Source: Adineta vaga (Eukaryota; Animalia; Rotifera). From it: DNA of 64,000 nt. This document shows, piece by piece, positions 41,449 through 52,263 of the stretch (position 1 is its first letter; each line of letters opens with the position of its first letter). The DNA is taken from the NCBI GenBank assembly GCA_021613535.1, contig CP075496.1:7192001-7256000 (forward strand). Reading direction: 5' to 3'. Under the pieces are notes generated by a model. The model worked only from the letters and a program-made list of their open reading frames with translations. It did not search any database and was not told the DNA's origin. The position numbers and the translations under genes were made by a program.

Positions 41449-42396
41449 ATGGGTAATTTACAACAACAATGTCGTGGAATAGGAAATACTCAACTGGAAC
41501 TTAATCGTCATGATGCTATTTATGTTCCAAATGAACTTATTACGGGTACGGTTAGTTATTTAAAACATACGAATGCATTTATTGTATTAACTGGTATAAT
41601 TTATTTTAAAAAACGAAAGAAAACTGGTGTAGAGAAGTGTGAAATAAAATTTTTGGCGAAAGAATTTCCTCTCAATTCTCATCTAAATAAAATCCAAAAT
41701 TTTCAATTACAATTAGATGATCAATTACCACCTTCATTCAATGAGCCCGATACTTATCCAAACGTTTCCTATACGCTTCAACTTGTCTATAAAAAAAGCA
41801 AAGATCAAATTCAATCGTCGATCCCAATACGTATTTGTCCTCGTGTACAAATCGATCGACCTTTACTTTTAACACCACTTTTCTTTGGTCCAATTGAAAA
41901 TCATCAAACTGGTATTAAACTTGACGTCAAAATAAGTCGTGCTATTTTTACATTTGATGATATTATACATATTTTTTATGAACTACAAAATTCTAATCAA
42001 GAATATATTCATAAAACTGAAGTTAGTCTAGGAATTTATTATACAATTGAATCGAATGTTACTCAAGAAGATGTTTCGAATGGAATTGGAAATTTTGAAA
42101 ATATTTCCTCACAAAATAAATTAATACGAAATAAAGTTCTATTAAATATTCCGAATAAAATTTATTTACCACCAACATATAGATTTCAATATGGACGGGA
42201 AGGTGATCAATCATCATTTAATTTAGCAATTGATTATAAAATACATTTTAAAGTTTATCTTGGTAAAGAACAAATTTTATGGCAAGTGGATATTCCCATT
42301 GTTTTATGTAATGATACAATTGAAAAAAAAGATGAAGAAATGGAAATTGAATCAGAAAGAATCTCAAATAATGTGACCCCTAATCCTTCAGAATGA
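41449..42396 (+). CDS. Intronless alpha-arrestin-domain protein
   Basis: 315-aa beta-rich ORF with YVPNELITGTV, FQLQLDDQLPPSF, VSYTL, IPNKIYLPPT...IDYKIHF and VDIPIVL. It begins MG, a possible myristoylation site. Confidence 0.75.
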   Translation: MGNLQQQCRGIGNTQLELNRHDAIYVPNELITGTVSYLKHTNAFIVLTGIIYFKKRKKTGVEKCEIKFLAKEFPLNSHLNKIQNFQLQLDDQLPPSFNEPDTYPNVSYTLQLVYKKSKDQIQSSIPIRICPRVQIDRPLLLTPLFFGPIENHQTGIKLDVKISRAIFTFDDIIHIFYELQNSNQEYIHKTEVSLGIYYTIESNVTQEDVSNGIGNFENISSQNKLIRNKVLLNIPNKIYLPPTYRFQYGREGDQSSFNLAIDYKIHFKVYLGKEQILWQVDIPIVLCNDTIEKKDEEMEIESERISNNVTPNPSE

Positions 42397-43289
42397 GGTA
42401 CTGTTCTTCTCTTCTTTTCAACCAATGTGTGCTGTGAAATCTTTCAAATAAATGTTTTGATACAATTGTATATGCACATGTTAATATTTTGGTAGATAAT
42501 CGTGATTTTATATTCATTTTTCTGTATTAATTCATTATCATATTCATAGAAAAGAAAAATAGACATTATTATTCTTTGCCTTATAAATATTTATTGAATC
42601 ATACTGAGTCCACGCAAATTCCTATTTATTCAGTGGATCGATCTACACGTAATAGAACAAAAACAAAATCTTTAACAAATAAAACGAAATTTTTTTCTAT
42701 GAAATCTAGTAAAGAATCTCATTTCATGACATAATATTCTTTGAATTATGAGATTCTATTGATAATTCGATCTCGAGAATTGTTCTAGATTTCAGATCTC
42801 ATCATCAATCAGTACTCACACAGAATAGTAAAGTTCAAACATAGATGTCTCTCTAACTAAATACTTGTTGTTTCTTAAATGAAAATCTATTTTCCAATAT
42901 TATTATTTCTAACGATGACTCATGTTAGAACGGAGTTTGACATGAATGGAACAAAATTCCCAAATCAAATACGGTATACATAAAAGAATCGTATTTTGAT
43001 TGGTGATTTTGATTTTGTAAAAAATTTTTTTCCAACATAGAAAAACAATCAAATTCAATCCGATGAATACATTCTATTACAATCACATGTATATATTTAT
43101 CATGACAATATTCAGGTTGGAAAATTTCACATGACCTCAATTTCTTTCCTTTTCTACTTCCCTCCATATACCGTTACATACTTGTTTTCATCATTGGATA
43201 TCTCCAAAATAGAAATGATGAAGGTGCTTTTCTCTTTCTAGGACGACGACGACGACGACGACATTAACTATCTTGAAGTTTAATTTATA

Positions 43290-45334
43290 ATGTCGGCTCA
43301 TACGATGACATCGTCAACATTAAATAAAACTAATTTAGAAACATTTTCTCTTGTTTGGTTGGATGTTACTGTCGATAATTCTGAAGAAAATCTTGATACT
43401 CAACGACAATTACGTAGTATAATAAATCATCTACGAACATTTGACAATAGTTCAGATTGCGAAAAATATATTCGAACAGTTTCATATCATGATCGAATTG
43501 TCATCATCGTAAGTGGTTTGTCTGGTCGACAATTAATACCTCATATACATGATCTTCCACAAGTTTATTTAATCTATGTCTATTGTATGAATAGAAAAAC
43601 CAATGAACAATGGACAAAAAATTTTGCTAAGGTTAATCAATTGAGATTATTCATACAAATAAGACTTTTTCGCTTTTAATTTAGATTCGAGCTGTGATTA
43701 TTAAATCTGAAGATTTAATTCATCAAATGCGATTAGATCATACACAACGTTTGAAAAAGAAAGTTGATGAAATTCTTTCAATTAATATCTTTCATGCAGA
43801 TCATGGTCAATCAACAACAGGTCTTAATGGACAATTTGTACATTCTCAATTATTAATTGATTGTTTATTGCGAATGAAATCACATTCAATTGAACAAAAT
43901 GAATTTGTTTCGGTATGTAAAGAAGAATATAAAGATAATTCACTTGAATTATCAAATATCAATGATTTTGAAAGAACTTATCTACCAAATCGAGCAATAT
44001 GGTGGTATACACGACCTTCATTTCTTTATCGCTTATTAAATAAAGCATTACGAGTACAAAATATTGATTTACTCTATTTATTTCGTTTCTTCATTCGTGA
44101 TTTATATCGACAATTATTAAAATATCAATTATCAACATTAATTCGTGTTTATCGTGGTCAATTAATGATAAAGGATGAACTAAAAATATTGAAAGATTCA
44201 ATTGGAAAATATATTTCAATCAATTCATTTTTTTCAACGAGTCTTAATCGAGATTTAGCATTAGTTTTTTCTCCAGAAGATAATCAATATGAAAGAGTTC
44301 TCTTCGAAATCGATGCTGATCCATCAATAAATTATGACAAACCTTTCGCAGATATAAGCTCATTTAGTAATTTTCCTAATGAATCCGAAGTTCTGTTTAT
44401 GAGTGGTTCAATCTTTCGAGTCATGAATGTTTCGTATGATAATAATGATCGTTTATGGGCAATTCATTTGATCTTATCTAGTGGAAATGATCATGATCTA
44501 AAACCAATATTTGAGCATATGAGAAATCAACATAGTCATGAAACAGTTGATCTTCTTCTATTTGGTCATGTTCTACGTGATATGGGAAAATATGAAGAAG
44601 CAGAAAATTATTATCGTCGAGTGCTTAATCAACTATCGATTGATTCTCAAGAATTAAGTCGATGTTATCATGCATTGGGAATTATTCGATATGAAAAAGG
44701 TGACTATGAATCAAGTTTACAATGTCATAAACGTGCATTAAAACTTAAGTTACGTTCATTGAAATCGAATGATTTAGATTTAGCAATTAGTTATAATAGT
44801 ATGGGAACAATTTATGAGAAAAAAAAAGATTATTCACGTGCTTTACAATCTTTTCTTAAATCGTTAACTATTCTTCAAGATGCATATGGAAATGATCATC
44901 CGAAGGTAGCGATATGTTTAAATAATATTGCTGGAATCTATCAAACTGAAAAGAAATATGCGGAAGCATTGAAATATAATCAAAATGCATTAAATATTCG
45001 AAAGAATCATCTTCCAGTTGATCATCCCGATTTAGGAGCATCATATAGTAATATCGGTATTATATATCGATGTCTTGGTCAATATAAGTCTGCTATAAAA
45101 CATCATAATCAATCATTAAAAATTCATCAAAAGTCACTTCCACCACAACATCCATTGATTGCATCAACATTAAATAATGTTGGTCTTGTTTACGAAGATG
45201 AAGGTGAATATCATGAAGCATTGGGATATTATGAAAAAGCTGCTCTAATCTATCGACATGCTTTACCAGTGACGCATCCGAATATAATTAAAACGGAACA
45301 ATTCATTCAACGTGTGCAGTTAAAAATGAAATGA
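43290..45334 (+). CDS. Receiver-like + ADP-ribosyltransferase (ARTC, R-S-E class) + TPR protein; 2 coding exons
   Basis: Intron 43632-43684. ART motifs WWYT, LNKALR, VYRGQ (R at 44153), FFSTS (44234-44242), LFEI and ESEVLF (44381-44389). About six to seven TPRs follow, the C-terminal ones with 42-aa periodicity (DHPKVA / DHPDLG / QHPLIA / THPNI). Confidence 0.9.
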
Positions 45335-45766
45335 AATAGATCTCCTCGATTTTACAAGAAAGAAATGTCAATAATTTCGACATAGAAGTTTTGTACGTCT
45401 TCTGCTGAAGTACTACTGACTATTTACTTATATATTTCGCGTATAATATAGAATATAACTTCATCATCCTACTCGAATAACGTTTTAGACAGGCGGTTAA
45501 TTGAACTACACAATGATGAGAGAATATATTTGTTAAGGTTAACAAGAATAATAGATGTCGCTTGTGGATACTTATACGAATGTAATGAAGGTGCAGTATG
45601 AAACACAGATTGGCTCAAAAATGAGCCAGATATCTTCTTTAAACACGTGGCCCTAAAAGAAACAAACGATTAATTTTTTCTGATTCTTTTGTAAAAAAAC
45701 GATCTTTGTTAGTCTTCAGATATTTTTCAAATAAAAAAAATCAATCGTTTAATCTAGATAATTAGG

Positions 45767-46637
45767 ATGAGTTTTTTATGGGATTGGTTCACAAGCATTT
45801 TATCTACACTTGGTAAATTCAGCATCAATTTCAACCTTGAATGTATCATATACATGTATTTTCTTTGATATTATAGGTTTACATAAAAAGAGTGGTAAAC
45901 TTGTCTTTCTCGGACTTGATAATGCTGGCAAAGTAAAAAGAAGAAATTATGAATAGAAAAAAAAGACATCTTGTTTCCTTTTGATTAGACCACTTTATTG
46001 CATATGCTCAAAGATGATCGACTTGCACAACATGTACCTACCCTACATCCAAGTACGAAAATTATTTCCTATTAATGATAAATAACTGTCTTTTGTCATT
46101 TGTTTTTGAATTATAGCTTCAGAAGAATTAGTGATGGGAAATATGAAGTTCACAACATTTGATTTAGGTGGTCACGCGCAAGGTAAGAATTTCAAATGAA
46201 TATCAGAAAACATATTTGCTTATTTCATTGAAGCACGTCGTGTTTGGAAAGATTACTTTCCCGCTGTTGACTCAATTGTCTTTCTTGTCGATGCTGTGGA
46301 TCGATCACGTTTCGCTGAAACTAAAGCTGAACTTGATGTTTGTAATTTTTTTTACTATTTTTAAAGATTCTATGTCTCTTTTTTTCTCTAGAGTTTATTA
46401 ACAGATGAGCAAGTTGCAAATGCACCCATTGTTATACTCGGAAATAAAATTGATTTACCTGGAGCTGTTAGTGAACAAGAACTTCGTTATGTACTTGGAA
46501 TATCCACGGCAACAACTGGCAAAGGAAATGTTGCACGTTCGGATATAGCTGGTCGTCCCATGGAATTATTTATGTGTAGTGTACTAAGACGTGAAGGTTA
46601 TGGTGAAGCATTTCGATGGTTATCACAATATTTGTAG
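45767..46637 (+). CDS. SAR1: Small GTPase Sar1 (COPII)
   Basis: [73 protein letters not shown] and [13 protein letters not shown]. Confidence 0.97.
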
Positions 46638-47312
46638 ACATTAAATTTAGATGATTTTCAATATCTTTTTCTTTTTTTCTTGTCTTCTATGCTTTATTCT
46701 TCCTGGTCTTTATATACTCGCTCTATCTTTTGTTTCTTGTTCGATTGGTAAAGACGTTCATTTTTCAAAATTGAGCGTTGTTAACAATTAAGTATAAAAA
46801 GAATCATACGTACAGTTTTTTCTTCTTTTTCTTTTTCTTTCTCCTGATCATCTTACAGTTTTTTTTGTATAAAAAGAAGAAAAATAAATGTGTTCGAAAA
46901 TACCGTTATTGAATGATTAGAAAACAGACATGGTTTTAATCAACAATCGATGTTTTCACATCGGATTTGACATTCATATCTTGATTTTCTCGATAAACTG
47001 AAAATAATGTCCAAGTAATTTGAGAAATCATCAAAACAAATGATATTAGAACGATATATTGAAGCATAGAAAGAAGAGTTTCTATAATTGACAACGATAC
47101 AAATTGATTCATAATGATTATGTAAACAACACGTCGACGTTTGTTCAACGATCAATGAGAAAGAGAGAGAAATAAAAATGTTACATAATTTGTTTTAGCG
47201 CCATGTATACCTAGCCGATCGATCGTTAATTTGATTTCTAATCCTTCGTTTCACATACAAACTTAAACTACTACAATTTTATTGACTATCATCCAATGTT
47301 TATACATTCGCA

Positions 47313-48194
47313 ATGGTGGATTATTTCTTCTATCTCTGTATTTTCACTCTAACTTTTGTTACAACTAGTTTTACATGTGATATATGGAAGGCAGCTGAAT
47401 GTCCACCAGGTCCATCAAAAGATGATGATGATCTAATGAAATCTCATTTATATACTGAAGAACAATTACTCGCATATTGTGATGCAGGTAAAGCCTATGC
47501 CGATTGTGTCAATGAACATTTACTTTGTTGTGATATGCGTTCGGAATATGCAGCAGCATTAGCGTCTATTGATGTTCAACTCAAACGTAATGCATTACGT
47601 GTAGGTAGATATTGTGCTGATATTAATGAAACAAATCCTATTCAATACAAATGTCGAACTACAGTAAAAACATTACCAGGTAAAAGATATCGTTCAACGA
47701 CAACGGCAACACCGATGTGTGATATTGAAAAAGTAAGATAAAACAATACAAAATGCATTCATTAGATTTTAGTATTTTAAATCGTTTAGGCTGGAAAGAA
47801 ATGTAGTCCAATAATTGAAAATCGTGTTCGATTTGATCGTCGATGGTCTGCACAAGAGAAAGTCAGATGGTGTAAAGATACCTATGAATATCATACATGC
47901 GCAACTGCCTTTATCACTAATTGCACTATAACATCTGTCGCATCTGATGTTGCTCAGTTAACTGTTTTTCTTGATTATATTGAAAAATCTGCTAACCGTG
48001 AATGTCCAGGTGGTCTTTATGGTTGTGCAGACAAATCTACTAATGATACGCATTGCCAAGATCGTATCGGATATTTTCTCGAAAAGAACGCATTAACAAA
48101 TTATACAATCATGACACATGTACCTTCGTTACGAGTTTTTTTCGTATTTCTTCTTATTCAATCTTTTATCATGCTAAAAATATCTCTCTATTGA
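47313..48194 (+). CDS. Secreted or GPI-type Cys-rich protein with an internal tandem duplication; 2 exons
   Basis: Signal peptide, then two similar modules (CDIWKAAEC...YCDAGKAYADCVNEHLLCC and CDIEKAGKKC...WCKDTYEYHTCATAFITNC), then a hydrophobic C-terminus. Intron at about 47733-47789. Confidence 0.7.
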
Positions 48195-48498
48195 CAATGA
48201 TGTTTTCTTTTTTTGTTTCTTTCGACTGAACAAATACAATAAAAGGAATAAATTCGTTCCTTGATTACCTTATTATCACTATACGTCATTGAAATACAAA
48301 CGATTAATATATCAAAATCCCATCTATACAAAAAAGTTGATAGTTATATCGTCATTCATCTCTGCACTCCTACTCTATTCACGCACCATGGATCTTTTTT
48401 CTCGTTCTAATACGGAGGAAAAGATGAGTATATATATATATATATGTACATATCTGCAGTTATAAAATAACGAGTAACAAACATAATTTAGTGGAACG

Positions 48499-50657
48499 AT
48501 GCATCGCATTTATGATAGTAACAGTAAAAATCGATTACGCGATTGGAGGTATGTTTATTTAATTGAGTTCATGTGAAAATAGAAAATTTTCATTTCATCT
48601 GTCCTTGACAAAAAAGAATAAATTGACACTTCTTATATGACCTTGGTAGTTTTTTTTCTTCTGTTGTCATTAGACTTATTTTATTCAAGAAAAGCAAAAA
48701 ACGAAGCTTATTTCTTCTATAGAAGAACAGAAATAACAAAAAAATAACGTTAACGTGTCGAGCAAGTTACTACATTCTCGACATTTTCTTTTCACTCTTC
48801 TATTATAGGAAGCAGAATTTTCATCATCACAATAAGAAACGTTGCCAACCATTGACATTCCTTTTCACCAATGAGCAACGTTCACTTTCCGTGTCAGCAA
48901 CAAGAAAAGAAAATCCAAAATTATTTTCCTTACCGTTGCGCAGCTCACCAACGGGTAAATCATTTTTTTGATTCGCCATTTAAATTCATTAAAAAACAAA
49001 CAAATATTCTGGCTTTGTATCCAGGACACTTTATACGAAATAATCAAAATATGAATAATCAATCAAATGCTCAAGAGTATTGTCGATATCGTGATTCTCA
49101 ATATCACATGTCAAGAAAAGTATGTTTTGCTTTTGAAAAAATATCTGATTAATTAAGATAGATTATTCTTTCAGACATCACTTCTTTCGGATCAATATTC
49201 GTATATTCCTTCTTACTTACAAGGAACTCGACGAAGTGAGAATGAGTATTCAAGATATCGAAGTTCTTATGTAAGTTGAATTATCTGATAATTCTATTGA
49301 ATGTTCATTTTCTTTCATAAAATTTCAAGTCTCCACGAAGAAGATCACCCTCTCGACAAGGTACATGTGTAAAACTTCATACAAAATGTCGAGCATCAAC
49401 GTACGATCCCGAAGCTCAAGTAAGATTAAACATAATGTGATTATAAAATCATCAATTTTATTTATTTAGCGTTCGTCTGTTCCTGATGATAAAGTTTCAT
49501 GGAATGTTGACTATCCAGATTATAAACCTGTTGAATATACAACAAGTAAAATTCTACGCAACCCAAAAGCTGATTCAGCTGATTCGTACGTTGGATAGGA
49601 TTAATTTTTTTTCGTTCAGAACACTCACTTTCATATGATTTAGTTTAGGTCGAAGATTACCAAATACAATCAAATTGATAATAAGATTGATCGACGAAGT
49701 TTTACTGGTCATTATTATATTGATCCAATAACGAATCGACCACGAAATCCAATGGGAAGAACAGGAAGTAAGAAAATTAATATCTTTTGAGATAGAATAC
49801 ATAATTCAATTGTTCGATGATAAAAAAGATTTCATAGATTATATTTTGAATGAAAATAATCATTTGAAATGTATTTTTCTAGTGACTGGACGTGGCCGTT
49901 TATATCATTGGGGTCCTAATCATGCTGGTGATCCAGTTGTCACACGGTACAGAAAATACTTTATTCTTCTTCGTTTCTATCGTGAATCTCTATTATTTGT
50001 AGTTGGAAACGTGATGCCAATGGTGCAATTATTTATCGTCGTAGAAATGAATTTGATCGTTTAAAACCTGTTCTAGAATTTGTTGCTATTCAACGACGTG
50101 ATAGTAAACAATGGGCAATACCTGGAGTAAGAAACTTTCTATCTATTTTTTTCAAAATTTATCTATCGAATTATTCTTCGGATTTGAAGGGTATGGTTGA
50201 TCCTGGTGAACAAATATCAGAAACAGTCAGACGTGAATTTCAAGAAGAAGCATTACGTGATGGTCTTGATGAAAATTATATCAAACGATTATTTTCAAAT
50301 GGACATAAATTATTCGAATCATATGTTGATGATCCTCGAAATACAGATAATGCTTGGATGGAAACAATAGCTATGTAAGTTTAAATAAAAACTTTTCATT
50401 GTTCTATATCAATTACAAAATTCATAGGCATTTCCATGATGAAACAGGTGAATTAACAGCTCGCATTGATTTGAATGCAGGTATGAAAATTTCTCTTTGA
50501 AGAAAAACTTAATTCACCTTTTGCTTTTCAATTCTTCTAATTAGGTGACGATGCTGAAAATGTTGTTTGGTGTCCTGTTGATCGAACATTAGAATTATAT
50601 GCTTCTCATAAAGAATTTCTTAAAGCAGCTGTCGATCGACTAGAAGCATTTTGGTGA
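48499..50657 (+). CDS. NUDT9: ADP-ribose pyrophosphatase, NUDT9 family, with a long basic N-terminal extension
   Basis: [52 protein letters not shown]...RREFQEEA (Nudix box), YVDDPRNTDNAWMET, AGDDA and LYASH. The 5' exons were inferred from splice-phase compatibility and are less certain. Confidence 0.9.
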
Positions 50658-50780
50658 TTTTAAGAATAGGATATATATTTAATGAACACAATAGATAAGA
50701 CGAAACTTTCTTTCCGATTAAAAAAAACATTCACATACAGATAAACACAACGATGACTAGTCAAAAAGTAATATACAAAT

Positions 50781-52064
50781 TTAATCGTCATCTGTATCGG
50801 ATTGATCAAGTTTTTGTACTTGACTATCTCGAACGGTGTTGTTTTTCTCACATTCCGCTATTGAAAGATAACCTGATCTGTAAATAAAATAAAATTCATA
50901 TGATAAAATAATTCGGCTTTTTTTTATCCTACTCTTGTAAAAGACTTTCAACATCACTAACAACAAAATCATCACCAAGTTTATTAGTTATGGAAACAAA
51001 TGATGATAATAATTCACCAGCACGATAAACTAAAATAGCTGGACAACCATTTCGAATCTAAAGATAATTTCTTAAGATAAAAGTTGAATATAATATAATG
51101 AATTTTTACAAAGTTATGGCTCATTTGTGCTTCAGATGCTTGAATTCGACAGAATTTTACATAAGGATATTGTTCAGCAAGAATTTGAAAACAATTATTC
51201 ATCAGTTTACAACCAGTTACAGACTATAAAACAAAATGAAAATCTGTAAGTTTTAACAATGAATAACAAGAAGAAACTAGCCTGTTCATAAACATGTAGA
51301 ATAACTGTAACATTTCTATTTTCATCGTCGATAGCACTTGTAAAACTCTCACGATTCAGATCAAATTGTTTACCAAAACGAGGTCTAAAATCGAACACGA
51401 ATTTCTAGATGAAATAGTCATTGTGTAAATACATACGCATTGAGTAAACGTTGTTGCATTTGATACATTAATTTTTCTCGATATTCTTTTAAAAACTCAT
51501 CATCTGCATCGAATTCTTCTTCAAGTTTCTCTTGAACTTCTTGTTCGTTTTTCTTCGCTTCTTCATCATCCAACTATTTACAAACAAAACATATGACATA
51601 GATGTTTAGTTACAGAACAGAAAAGTAAAACTTACGTGAGAGCGACATGTCATTGCTAATTTTTTTATTAAAGTTTTCTTTTCTTTTTCTTGTTCATCGC
51701 GTTTTTCCGTTTCTAATTGTTTAAATCGTCTCCAATCAGCAATGACCCCTTTTGGTCCAGTCTAAAACGAAATCTCTTTCTTGTTACAAACAAATTTATA
51801 GTCATATTCAATCGTTTACATTATCAGTGGAACCACTTGATGAACTCGGAGCATTCAATTCCGATTCAGGAACGAATTTTGTTGATGATTTTTGCCGTTT
51901 ACCATTATCTGAATCATTTCCTACATACAAACAACAAATACATTGATCAAAATATTTGATAATATTTTATCTCTGAATCTACCTTCTTCATCTTCATCAT
52001 CCGATGAACTACTACAATAATTTTGTAATTTTTCTCCAAGTAAACGATCATCTAACGTAACCAT
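50781..52064 (-). CDS. PDCL: Phosducin-like protein 1
   Basis: MVTLDDRLLGEKLQNYCSSSSDDE, TGPKGVIADWRRFKQLE, VTVILHVYE, LAEQYPYVKFCRI and GCPAILVYRAGEL. Confidence 0.92.
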
Positions 52065-52263
52065 CTTGTAGTTGTAGCAGAAAAAGAGATCAGATCAATA
52101 ACAAATATGAATGAATGAAGAAATAAAACATCTGCATATTTTCTATTGGTTTATATAAAACACCAATGAAATTTAATTTGTCAAAGTAATAAACAAAAGA
52201 GAGAACGGTCATTGTCCATGTCGAACATTTTCATTTTCTTCTTACAAAAATTCATCTACTAAA
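52065..52263. promoter_or_regulatory. Candidate bidirectional promoter between PDCL and WAPL
   Basis: The divergent ATGs are about 200 bp apart. Inverted CCAAT boxes (ATTGG near 52145, CCAAT near 52163) flank TATATAAA. Confidence 0.55.

Noticed and set aside
45611-45628. Hairpin tggctca-aaaa-tgagcca upstream of SAR1 as an ncRNA
   Set aside because: Too short and without other RNA-gene features; more likely a promoter element or chance.
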